Below, one piece after another: positions 1 to 11,000 of a DNA stretch of 27,182 nt (its first letter is position 1; each line of letters starts with the position of its first letter). The position numbers and the translations under genes were made by a program. The stretch is from a virus. Lineage: Duplodnaviria > Caudoviricetes. The notes under the pieces were generated by a model. That model saw only the letters and a list, made by a program, of their open reading frames with translations, was not told the DNA's origin and did not search any database. The stretch is from the IMG/VR virus record IMGVR_UViG_3300020400_000030, positions 1 to 27,182 of that record. The stretch is one strand, 5' to 3'.

Positions 1-1
1 T

Positions 2-52
2 ACAATGGCAGTTGTACATTTCTTCCTTAATGATTGTGGGTGTAAAAAATAA
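2..52 (+). CDS. Probable 3' end of an upstream gene (partial; ...TMAVVHFFLNDCGCKK*)
   Basis: Frame 2 is open from the window edge to TAA at 50-52, which overlaps the next ATG (TAATG), a typical translational coupling. Confidence 0.45.
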   Translation, partial: TMAVVHFFLNDCGCKK

Positions 53-1506
53 TGCTACATTTTTATGATGGACAGATAAGAAGATACATTACGCAGATAA
101 TCAGACTGTTAAGTAACTTCTCTTACAAGGACGGCAAGGATGCCTTGGTGCAAGTACCTGTTATGTATGGTGACATTACAAGACAGGTTGGACATATCAT
201 CAGAGATAATTCAGAAAACAAGATACCTTCTGCTCCACGTATAGGTGTGTTTGTAAACAATCTTGAAATGGACAGAACAAGAACAGCAGATGCTTCCTTC
301 ACAGGTAAAGTGCATATTAGAGAAAGAGAATTTGATGAAAATGGCAAGGAATATCTTAACACACAAGGAAAGAATTATACTGTTGAAAGAATGATGCCTA
401 CACCATATACACTTACAGCACAGGCAGATATATGGTCAACAAACACAGAACAAAAATTACAAATACTAGAACAAATATTGATGTTGTTCAATCCAAGTTT
501 AGAAATACAAACCACAGACAACTATGTTGACTGGACAAGTTTGTCAGTTGTTAATTTAGAGTCAATGACTTTTAGTTCAAGAAGCATACCAGTTGGTACA
601 GAATCAGACATAGACGTATGTACATTAAATTTTAGCACACCAATATACATATCACCTCCTGCAAAGGTCAAAAAGTTAGGAGTTATTACAAATGTTGTGA
701 TGAGTATATTTGATGAAAAACGTGGCACAGTTGATTTAAGTCAAACAATGCCAGAGCTACAAGCATATGACGATAGCTATGCAAACACAATGAAAGGTTC
801 AGACAGTTCAACAGTTGGTAAAGAAGGCAGTGGAAGTGCAAGTAAATCAACTGCACACTTGGCAGTATCAACTGCAAGTGGTTACGATGCAATAGTAATG
901 AACAACATAGTGCAACTTGGTAAGAATGGTATTGCAGGTGAAATTAATTGGCGTGAAGTTTTAGACTCTACTCCAGGTATGTACAGAGCTTCATTAAGTA
1001 AAATATTCTTAGATAGAGCTGGATTTACTGCTCCAGTAGTAGGAACTTTTGCTCTAAACAGTTTAGATGAAACACAAATTATTGTTAATTGGGACGAAGA
1101 TACTATACCAACAAATACAGTTATAGTTGGTCCACAAGCAACAAAAGGCACTATTGATTACATCATAGATCCACTTAAGACAAATCCAACGGACATCAAA
1201 GGTGATGGTATAAGGGTATTGTTGTTAGGAGATATAGGAGATGCTTCAAATACTGATGGTGCTGATGCATGGAAAGGCACAGAAGGTGACTTGATTGCAA
1301 GTGAAAATGATATTGTTGAATGGGACGGAAACAACTGGCGTATAGTGTTTGATGCAAGTGGTAATGATGGACATGATTCAACAGCAGTAGAACCAGTATA
1401 CACTACCAATTTAAAAACAGGTATCCAATATAAATGGGACGGTTTGTCATGGACATTGACGTTCGAAGGTGAGTATCGAAAAGGAACCTGGCGTCTAGTA
1501 CTTTAA
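52..1506 (+). CDS. gp15: T4 gp15-like tail sheath stabilizer/completion protein with C-terminal extension
   Basis: N-terminal HFYDGQIRRY, VPVMYGD, PTPYTL, QILEQILMLFNP and F-x-TPIYISPP resemble T4-like gp15 proteins. At 484 aa it is much longer than T4 gp15. Confidence 0.75.
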   Translation: MLHFYDGQIRRYITQIIRLLSNFSYKDGKDALVQVPVMYGDITRQVGHIIRDNSENKIPSAPRIGVFVNNLEMDRTRTADASFTGKVHIREREFDENGKEYLNTQGKNYTVERMMPTPYTLTAQADIWSTNTEQKLQILEQILMLFNPSLEIQTTDNYVDWTSLSVVNLESMTFSSRSIPVGTESDIDVCTLNFSTPIYISPPAKVKKLGVITNVVMSIFDEKRGTVDLSQTMPELQAYDDSYANTMKGSDSSTVGKEGSGSASKSTAHLAVSTASGYDAIVMNNIVQLGKNGIAGEINWREVLDSTPGMYRASLSKIFLDRAGFTAPVVGTFALNSLDETQIIVNWDEDTIPTNTVIVGPQATKGTIDYIIDPLKTNPTDIKGDGIRVLLLGDIGDASNTDGADAWKGTEGDLIASENDIVEWDGNNWRIVFDASGNDGHDSTAVEPVYTTNLKTGIQYKWDGLSWTLTFEGEYRKGTWRLVL

Positions 1507-1507
1507 A

Positions 1508-1514
1508 ATAAGTA
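1508..1514 (+). promoter_or_regulatory. Possible variant late promoter box (ATAAGTA)
   Basis: One mismatch from the ATAAATA boxes seen elsewhere in the window. It lies in the 13-bp gap before the Nudix gene. Confidence 0.3.
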
Positions 1515-1519
1515 ATTAC

Positions 1520-1957
1520 ATGGATAAGATTATTTGTAGCGGAGGTCTATTCTATTCGCTTTCCACAAACAGGTTTTTGTTTTTACATAGAACACAAAGC
1601 AAACAACCAAATGTTTGGGGATTAGTGGGTGGAACTAATGAAACAGAAGAGATTCCGTACCAAGCATTATTAAGAGAAATTGAAGAAGAAATTGGTCAAA
1701 CTCCTGACATAGTCAAATCTATTCCATTAGAAACTTTTGTAAGCAACGATGAAAAATTTAATTTTCATACATATCTTTGTGTTGTCAAGGAAGAATTTAT
1801 TCCTAAATTAAATGGTGAACACAACGGATATGCTTGGGTATCTTTTGAAAATTGGCCGAAGCCATTACACCAAGGTTTAAGAAACACTTTACAAAACAAA
1901 CAAAACCTGTTAAAATTACAAACTGTATTTCAATTAATTTCCTTAATGGAGAAATAA
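1520..1957 (+). CDS. Nudix hydrolase
   Basis: Complete Nudix box G-TNETE-E-IPYQALL-REIEEEIG (GX5EX7REUXEEXG). Confidence 0.9.
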   Translation: MDKIICSGGLFYSLSTNRFLFLHRTQSKQPNVWGLVGGTNETEEIPYQALLREIEEEIGQTPDIVKSIPLETFVSNDEKFNFHTYLCVVKEEFIPKLNGEHNGYAWVSFENWPKPLHQGLRNTLQNKQNLLKLQTVFQLISLMEK

Positions 1958-1958
1958 T

Positions 1959-3209
1959 ATGATTAAAGTATATGGCGACATTATGTTGGACCGATGGATT
2001 ATCGGTACTGCTGAAAGGATGTCACCAGAAGCACCAGTGCCTGTGTTGTTAGAAGATCACCAAGAATACAGTATAGGTGGTGCAGGCAATCTTGCACTTA
2101 ATATTTTTAGCCTTACAAAAGACGTTACACTTTACGGAGTAACAGGACAAGACAAAGAAGGATTTAAATTACTTGATTTAATTAATGAAACTGATTTAGA
2201 TTGTGGACTTACAGGTGATTTAAATGTAACAACAACTAAAACAAGATTAATAGGGCAACAAGGACAACACATTGTACGTTGGGACAGAGAAGAAACTTAC
2301 AAAGGTGATCAAGCATTTCATAGATTATTCAATCATGTAGAAAAAGGCGATATTATCTGCATAAGCGATTACAACAAAGGTGTAGTCAGAAGAGATACAG
2401 TTGGAAATCTATTAGACAAAGATGCAAAAATTTTAGTAGATCCAAAACAAGAAGCACATTTTTACCATGGTGCGTTTTTAGTCAAACCAAATATGAAAGA
2501 ATATGAAAGTTGGTTTGGTAAATGGAACAAAGGCAATGCTCAAAAACAAATGCAGAGATTAGATTGGACATGGTTGGTAGTAACTGACGGAGCCAACGGA
2601 ATGCACGTTTTGAATAGCAAAGGTGAATACAAACATTTTGTAGAACCGGTAAAAGAAGTTGCAGATGTAACTGGTGCAGGTGATACAGTAATGGCTGTGA
2701 TTGCCCATTGTATAAACCAAGGAAATAATATTTTTGATGCTTGTAAATTGGCTTGTTATGCCGCGGCTAGAATAGTAGAAAAACGTGGTGTAGCTATAAT
2801 ACAACATGATGATTTGGAACGTAATATCGTATGGACTAATGGGGTGTTTGATATACTTCATACTGGCCATTTAAAGCTACTTAGACACGCACACACGCTG
2901 GGAAAACGCCTTGTGGTGGGCATTAATAGTGATTCTTCGGTCAAGCGTTTAAAAGGCGATTTAAGACCCATAAACGACCAGAACAAACGCAAAGCACAGC
3001 TACTAGAATTGGGTTTTGTTGATGACGTTGTGATATTTGAAGAAGACACACCATATGAAAAAATAAAGGAAATAAGACCTGATGTGATAGTAAAAGGCGG
3101 GGACTATACAGTTGACCAAGTAGTGGGAAATGATATTGCAAAAGTTGAAATATTTCCAACTGTGTCTGATTATTCAACAACCAAAATAATTGAAAGTTTA
3201 AAAACATGA
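1959..3209 (+). CDS. hldE: Bifunctional heptose-7-phosphate kinase / heptose-1-phosphate adenylyltransferase
   Basis: PfkB kinase part: GDIMLD, RMSPEAPVPV, GGAGN, SDYNKG, VDPK, KPN, DVTGAGDT. Nucleotidyltransferase part: TNGVFDILHTGH, VGINSDSSVKRLKG, RPIN, KGGDY, STT. Confidence 0.95.
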   Translation: MIKVYGDIMLDRWIIGTAERMSPEAPVPVLLEDHQEYSIGGAGNLALNIFSLTKDVTLYGVTGQDKEGFKLLDLINETDLDCGLTGDLNVTTTKTRLIGQQGQHIVRWDREETYKGDQAFHRLFNHVEKGDIICISDYNKGVVRRDTVGNLLDKDAKILVDPKQEAHFYHGAFLVKPNMKEYESWFGKWNKGNAQKQMQRLDWTWLVVTDGANGMHVLNSKGEYKHFVEPVKEVADVTGAGDTVMAVIAHCINQGNNIFDACKLACYAAARIVEKRGVAIIQHDDLERNIVWTNGVFDILHTGHLKLLRHAHTLGKRLVVGINSDSSVKRLKGDLRPINDQNKRKAQLLELGFVDDVVIFEEDTPYEKIKEIRPDVIVKGGDYTVDQVVGNDIAKVEIFPTVSDYSTTKIIESLKT

Positions 3210-4048
3210 GAGTATTAGTTACAGGACACAAAGGATTTATTGGACAAAATTTGTGTAGTTATTTGTTGCACAAAGGTCACCAAGTAGAAGGTTGGGAATG
3301 GTTAGAAAACAAAGTTCCAGATCCTCAAAATTATGATAGAATTGTGCATCTTGGAGCCATTAGTAGCACAACAGAACGTGATGTAGAAAAAGTATTGAAA
3401 CAAAATTTAGAATTTAGCACAAGACTTTTACAACTTTGTAATCAGACAGGCACAACATTAATATATGCTTCAAGTGCCAGTGTGTATGGTAACATTCAAT
3501 TAGACAAAGACATAAAAAAGATAAAAGAAAATGATCCGAAATACCCAATGAGCCCATATTCATGGAGCAAATATTTGTTTGACAAACTAATGTTAGAAGT
3601 ACCTGAATACAACATTAACGTACAAGGTTTAAGATTGTTTAATGTTTACGGCCAAGGAGAACAACACAAAGGTGAACAACAAAGTGTGTTTGGTAAGTTT
3701 GAATTACAAGCAAAAAATTTAAAGAAAATTACATTGTTTGAAGGTAGTGAAAACATAATGCGTGACTTTATTTGGGTTGGTGACGTGTGTCAAATTATTG
3801 AAAAAATGTTTGATGTTGATGCAACAGATATATGGAATGTAGGCACAGGTGTTGCACCTAGCTTTTATGATATTGCTAAGATTTATGCTGACAAATACAA
3901 CGCAGAAATACAATACATACCAATTCCACCACACATACAAGGACAGTATCAGTTCTTCACGTGTGCGGATAATAGTAAACTAACTAATAGTATAGGATCG
4001 TATAAATTTAAAACGGTGCAGGAGTATATAGATGCCAGCAAGACATAG
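3206..4048 (+). CDS. hldD: ADP-L-glycero-D-manno-heptose-6-epimerase (extended SDR)
   Basis: VTGHKGFIG, HLGAISSTTE, YASSASVYG, YxxxK (YSWSK), FNVYG-x2-E-x-HKG, RDFIWV, YQFFTCAD. ATGA overlap with hldE. Confidence 0.9.
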   Translation: MRVLVTGHKGFIGQNLCSYLLHKGHQVEGWEWLENKVPDPQNYDRIVHLGAISSTTERDVEKVLKQNLEFSTRLLQLCNQTGTTLIYASSASVYGNIQLDKDIKKIKENDPKYPMSPYSWSKYLFDKLMLEVPEYNINVQGLRLFNVYGQGEQHKGEQQSVFGKFELQAKNLKKITLFEGSENIMRDFIWVGDVCQIIEKMFDVDATDIWNVGTGVAPSFYDIAKIYADKYNAEIQYIPIPPHIQGQYQFFTCADNSKLTNSIGSYKFKTVQEYIDASKT

Positions 4049-4436
4049 TGGAAAAGTAGAAAAAGGTTGGGGTTATGAATTAATTTGGGCTACCAATGAT
4101 TTATACTGTGGCAAAATTTTGGTTTTTGACAAAGCTGGTAAGAAAATGTCAATGCATTTTCACAAAGAAAAGCATGAAACTTGGTTTGTAAATCAAGGCA
4201 GATTTAAGTTAAGATATTTGGATACGCAAACAGCAACTCCAATGGAAGTTGAAATAAAGGCAGGAGACACATGGACTAATTTGCCATTAATGCCACATCA
4301 ACTTGAAGCACTAGAAGACGGTAGTTCAATCACAGAGGTTAGTACACCTGATTCAATCGAGGACAATTATAGAATTGCTCCTGGTGACAGTCAAACACAG
4401 CGACAAGCAATTCCAGATACTACACCTGAGGGGTAG
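4032..4436 (+). CDS. Cupin, sugar (phosphate) isomerase-like
   Basis: KGWGYE, SMHFHKEKHETW (HxH...E) and PHQL cupin metal motifs. It overlaps the end of hldD. Confidence 0.75.
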   Translation: MPARHSGKVEKGWGYELIWATNDLYCGKILVFDKAGKKMSMHFHKEKHETWFVNQGRFKLRYLDTQTATPMEVEIKAGDTWTNLPLMPHQLEALEDGSSITEVSTPDSIEDNYRIAPGDSQTQRQAIPDTTPEG

Positions 4437-4438
4437 TA

Positions 4439-5014
4439 ATGAAATACGAAAATATATTTCCAGTAGGAATATTAGTACACGATGTACCTAACAGCATAGC
4501 AGATGAAGTTGAAAAACTTGTAGTAGATCGCATTGATCAATTACAAAGACCAGATGACAATGCTCCCCATGCCACAGATTATTTTGAAAAAGACAAGATT
4601 ATAGATCTAAGATACGATACACCTAATCTTTATTCTGAAATAGATATGTGTGTAAGGGATTATCAAAACAAAAATGCAATGAATAGAATACACGAAGGCT
4701 ATTCATATAATTATTGGACACAAGATTACATAGAAGGTGACGTACATAGTGAACATCATCATAATGTAGGACAAATAAGTGGTGTCTATTATGTACGTGC
4801 AAACGAAAATGCAGGTGGTATTAGTTTTAGAAATCCTAATCCTTTCACAGAATACGGTCACACAATGAGAGATACAGCGCCTTACTCTTGGCAAGAATAT
4901 GTTTATCAACCTATCAAGGGAAGAATTTTAATGTTTCCAAGTTACTTGAAACATCAAGTTTTGCCTAGTAAAAAAGATTGTGTAAGAACTGTTATTGCAT
5001 TCAACGTAAGATAA
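4439..5014 (+). CDS. Putative 2OG-Fe(II) oxygenase (TIGR02466-like)
   Basis: HSEHHH, ISGVYYV, LMFPSYLKHQV and RTVIAFN fit this family. Confidence 0.8.
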   Translation: MKYENIFPVGILVHDVPNSIADEVEKLVVDRIDQLQRPDDNAPHATDYFEKDKIIDLRYDTPNLYSEIDMCVRDYQNKNAMNRIHEGYSYNYWTQDYIEGDVHSEHHHNVGQISGVYYVRANENAGGISFRNPNPFTEYGHTMRDTAPYSWQEYVYQPIKGRILMFPSYLKHQVLPSKKDCVRTVIAFNVR

Positions 5015-8000
5015 TTACGCCTGTGCTTCACCCCAACGTATAATGATGTTCGCATTTGTTTGAGCACCACTGGCTTTATAAACGTTAATTGCCAATACGT
5101 CTGGTCCATTCGGGAATGTACCTCTACCACCCAATGTTGTATTAGTTAATTCTTTCAAAGTACCTAACATCAAGGATGACTGTTCACCTGGTGTTGCAAT
5201 AAATGAAAATACAGTTTCACCTGGAAGTGCGTAAGGTGGTTGTCCAAATAAGAACCCAACAGTACTTCCTGCTGTAATATTCTGCAACGAACTCTGTGTA
5301 AATGTAATTCTGTAATATTCTACTCCACCAAATGTTAATGGTCCTGACACACCAGAAACGTATGTTCCTCCTGGAAACTTGCTATCACTTACCTCAGTGC
5401 CTGATATTGCACCCGTTGCCTCCCAACTTGCTTTTGTAAAGTACAAGAAGTTTGTTTTTTCTAATGCACCAGTTGGGTTAATAGACATTGTAATAGTTTC
5501 ACCTGAGCTAATTGTAGCTGTGTTTCTATTACTAAATCTTAATAGTGGTGGATTGTAGTAACTGTAAATTTGTGCAAGTGTTGTACCAGCTGGGAAGTCT
5601 GAATTTCCTGACTGAGCATTACTTGTTGCTGTAACTGTTATACCAGTTTGTAATCCTTCGTTGTTTGCATTGTTGAAAGATGCACTTGATACAAAGTGAT
5701 AGTTTGTATTGTTTCTACTATAACTTGATGTTACATCTAATGTCATCTCTGCAACAGTTGTTGCATTTCTAATTACCTGTGTTGCACCCGTTGACCATGT
5801 TACCGATCCACCTGGTGCCACCTGTGCAAATGAAGGCTGACCACCAGCCGCCGCACCTGTTAACGGTGCCCAACCAACGTCACCTGGATCAAGTGGATAG
5901 TTTTGCGGATTAAGTATTCCTTCAACAACAATTCCTCCTGAAATTGGATTGTTACTTCCGTCAACACCATCTGATGTGATCTCAATACCTTCAAGTAACA
6001 ACTGGGCTCTGTTTAACAATTCTCTTTCACCCAAGTCACCAACAATAGCATTTGATACACTTGGTGCTAATCTTAACATGAACACAGTATTTCTTGTTGA
6101 AGTAATAACGTTTCCTGTAGATGTATATGAAAAGATGTAACCTCTATCACTGTCAAATCCACCATCTGTTTGGAAAGCTGATCCCCAGTGTGATATAATA
6201 GGTGTAATAGTATTACTAATCAATATAACACCAGTACGTGCTGTGTGTGTTGCGGCAACACCTGCCGTATAAGTTCTTGTTGCTCCTGCGGCAAAGTTTG
6301 TTAATGGAGCACTTCTAGTACAACCTGTCAACGTATCTCCATTTATACCTGTGTACTGAATCATCTCGTTATCAATCATTACAGTACCACCGCTTGTTGG
6401 GAAGAACGAAGCATTTTCTAACGGTATAGTTGTTTGGCTATCTGTCATATCAGCACCTAATCTATCATTAGGTCCTTCGTTGGTAACCTCATAACGTACC
6501 GGCATATTACCTGTTCTCATAAATGCCTCTGTGTTTACGTTGGAGTTTCTCATTCTGTGATAGAAAATAAAGTTACCATCATCACCTCTGAGCATCCAAT
6601 CGATAAATCCAGCTCCGTACCAACTGTATTGTATTCCTATCATCTGCATCTTAGATATATCCATAATATATCCTGATGATCCTGTACCGTCTAATACGTC
6701 ACCGTTGAAATCAGCTTGTTTAGATTTTTTATCTGCAACCAAACATAACTTGGCACCACTTGCTGGTGTTACACCTCTAAAGTCTGGTGTTACGTTCATT
6801 GATGTTTGACTGTTTACCTGTGATACAACGTGTGTCATACCTTTGATAACAATTCTGTCACCTGCTTTAACTTGATCTCTAAATCTTGTTCCTATACCTG
6901 TTACTGCGTTACTATCAACACCAATTGAAATCACTCCTGATAATTGAAGTGTTGCAGTTCTTTGTACAGCATTAAAGTTAGAACCATCATACTCCATAAA
7001 GATACCATTTTGATCATCAAATGCACCTGAACGTACAGTTGCACCATGCCAGTATAACAATGATACTTGGGCTTTTGGACTTAATATTGGAGTAGTAGAT
7101 CCTAAATCTGTTTGTGCAATTACCTTAAATTCTCTTTCACTTACAATAGCTGATACTGTATATTCACCATTATAACCTGGTGTTTCAATTCCTATTAATT
7201 TAATTTGTCCACCAACCTGTAATCCGTGGTCAACATCATCAGTTGTAACATTAATAAATGAACCAGTTGTAACTGCGTCTGCTGATACATTTAACAAGTC
7301 GTAACTTGGTGCAAACAAGGCACCAGTTGTATACATGATACCCTTACCTGATTGGTATCTAATATATTTTTTACTCTGTCTAATTGCTTGAGCACCGTGT
7401 TGTGGACCACCTGTACCTAACTGCACACCACCATCATATGGTCTGTGTACAAAGAATGAATCTGGTCTTGGATACAACACAGCATTAATGTCTCCAACTG
7501 CACTAATGGCTCCAGCCGCTCTACACTGATATCTTAATGATGTCACTGTTGGAACTTGTTGTGCAAAGAATGGACCTTCTAACAATGTATGATTGTTAGT
7601 ACCATCATCTGTACTTACTGTTACCAAGAATGAATCGCCTGGTATTAAACCATGTGCTGTTGTAAATGTAACTTCAACTGTTGCCAATGCACTAAATTGT
7701 AAAGTATAATTTTGAGGAATTGCCGCAACCAAATTCTCTGTCATTGTTACTGTGGAATAAGTTTTTACAACTGTACCTGCTACCGCTGTACCTGTGCTTG
7801 TTACAGCAACTATACCACCGTCTGTTGCAACTTCTGTTATGTTTATGATAACATCATTGGTAACATCAGTACCACCTAATGCACTTCCAACAACTTTAAT
7901 TTTATTTCCTACTTGATAGTTAATACCATCAACGGCAATCTGTGCTGTAGAATATGATCCACCATTTCTTGTAATATTAAACGTTGCTTGTTCACCTAAG

Positions 8001-11000
8001 TTGTCTAAGTTTTGTCCACCAATTGCTGTGTAACTTGCTGTTCCACCTGGTGCTGTACCTGTAGAACTAATGCCTGTTATTGCTCCTGAGGCATCAACAG
8101 AGGTAATACTTATTGTAACATCATTGGCTGGACTTGCTCCTCCTAATGTTGCACCTTGAATTCTAATTGATTGATCAACATAGTATCCTAAGCCTGGAGT
8201 ATTAACTGTTACAGTATATGACCCTGCACTTAAACTTACATCAAATGTTGCTGTTGATCCAGTTTGATTAATTGCTTCTCCATCAAATTGGCTTAATTGT
8301 GTAATTGTTTTTGTGTCTAAGGCTGTTCCTGCTACTGTGACTCCAGTAACTTCACCAGTACCTGCGTCAACGGCAGATATTGTTATGGTTGCATTGTGGG
8401 TTACATCAATACCACCTAATGCACTTCCTAGTACAACAAATTCTTCACCTGTCAAATACCCTGTACCACCTGCAGATATTGTTGCCGAATAGGCAGTATC
8501 TAATCTTGTTACAAGGAATTCTGCACCTGCTCCACCAATTGTGTTTGATGTGTATGATGGATTAGTATAACTTTCTGTGGCATCTGGAGCAGTACCAGTA
8601 ACACTAATTGTATTAATACGTCCTGTACCACTTACTGCATCAACTTTTACGAGAGCATCGTTGGCTGGACTTGCTCCACCTAATGAAGTTCCTAATATTT
8701 TTAATCTGTCACCTGCGGCATATCCTGAAGTTGCATCTGCGGCCGTACCTGATGAACTAAATGATGTAATTGCACCAGTTGATGCATTTATTCCTGTGAC
8801 AGTTATTGTTAAATCGTTTGCTGGTGTTGTACCACCTAAGTTGTTACCTGCAATAACAATAGTATTTCCGTTGGCGTAATTTTGTCCTGGTTCATTTCCT
8901 TGTGTTACTGTGTAACTATTATTGTAATTTACAGTTACGTTAAATGTTGCCGCCGCACCTACAAGATTTTGTCCTGAAGTAATGTTTGAGTAATCTCTTG
9001 AGTTTACTGCTGTACCTGTAATACTAATTGTTGTAATAACACCCGAACCGTCAACTGCATCAATTGTTACAGTTGCATCATTGGCAGGACTTTGTCCACC
9101 TAAATTTGTTCCTGCAATTACTAAAGTTTCTGATGCACTATATCCTGAACCTGGATTTACCAGTGTTACACCGTAAGTTGATCCTGTAAAGTTTACGTTT
9201 ACAGATGCATTTGTTCCAATACCACCATATGAGTATGCTGGTTCTGTAAACTGATTTGATGCATCTGGTCCTGTACCTGCAGATGTAAATGATGTAATAC
9301 CACCTGATCCGTCAACACCTGTAATTGAAATAGTTAAATCATTTGTTGCATCACCACCAAATTCTGTACCATTAATTTTAATTGCATCACCAACCACGTA
9401 ACCTGCATCAGTGGCACCTGAGTTTTCTGTTACAGTATAGTTGTTACTTGCTAAGGTAATATCCCAAGCGGCACCAGTACCTGTACCACCTTGTGTTACA
9501 CCAGTACCATTGTTTGCATAAGTTGGTTGTGCTAAACTTACTGAAAACGCATTGTTTGTATACGTAAGATCGAATATTGCACCTAAACCTTGACCGTTTA
9601 GATTATCACCTGCCACGTTTGCATAACTTCCTGTTCCGTCAAAAGCTGTACCAGCCACTGTAAATGTTACAACAGATCCACTTGAATCAGTTGAGTCTAC
9701 AGTAATTCTACAATCATTTGTTGTTGCTTGTCCACCTAGTAAGTTACCAAGTACAATAATAACATCACCAACTGCATAGTTGTTACCACCCAAGCCGTTT
9801 AACACCGCAGTATAACTACCGCCTGCTCTGTCAATGTCAAATGTTGCACCGTTACCTTGTGGTACAACGTTAACACCTGCAACGCCTGTGTAGTTAACAT
9901 TGTTTCCAACAATGTCTGTTGTTGTGTTACCGTCTAAATTTACATTATTTCCAACAATGCTTGAAACGTGTACAGCATTACCGTCACCTCTATCAATAGC
10001 TTGTCCTACTAAAATTCCTGTTACATCACTTACTGGTATTTGATTAACCCCACTTGTTAAATCACTAGCGACTGAAAGTGTTGCAATTTCACCACCACCG
10101 CCTGTGACAACCGATACCTGAGCACCTGAGGCAATTCCTGTTCCTGCATTTACAGTTGCAACTAAGAATGTTAAGTCAGGAGCACCACCTCCGCCTAATG
10201 CATTGTCAGGTACTGTGATAGTGTCACCAACCTGGTTGTTTCTACCACCTTTGAAATTACTTGCCGTTGCGGCTCCTGAGCCATCAACAACCACTGTAAA
10301 CGAACCAACAATTAATTCTGCAACAACACTTGAAGAGTTTGCATTTGTAACTGTATAAGTTCCTGGTGTTCTTGATGCGTTTGCCGCCGAATAAGTATTG
10401 ACCGTTGCAATTTGTCCTGAAACATTTTGCATCGGAGCACCAATTTCTGGTGTGTTACCTATCCATGTAACTTTATCACTGCCGTTCAAAGCACCTAATG
10501 GGTTTGTAAATACACCTGCTGTACCTTGAGAAAGTATTGTAAATGTTGGAGTACCAATTGCCGCTCCTGTGTAAAATCCACCTTCTCTTAACTGTGTGTA
10601 GTAAGTTGAAAGTATTTGATTGTTACTTGTACCAACTTTAGATTTTGCAAAATATGTAAAAGTATTATTTGTAGGAACAGTTGATACAATAAATGATCCT
10701 TCTGCTCTACTTGCCCCTTGCACACTATTTTCTAATGCTTTGATTGTTATAGGTGTTCCTGTTTCAATACCATGAGCACCAACTGTTGTTACTGTGATTA
10801 AACTTTGACCAACTCCACCTGTACCAGTTGAAGCATCTGTTTTAACACTTGCAACTTCTTTATCAGTACCTGGTACCTCATAGATACTTGGATATCCTCT
10901 TTGCATAGCAATGGCTTGCCATTTTGTTGGCTGTAATCCATATTCAAAGTCAGCGTCAAGCATCGATATGGAGTTACTAACTCTCATACGTTCAATTGCA

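Noticed and set aside
1959-4048. Bacterial LPS core locus or host contamination
   Set aside because: The genes are tightly packed with phage tail genes in the same style, and no other bacterial waa or housekeeping genes are present.
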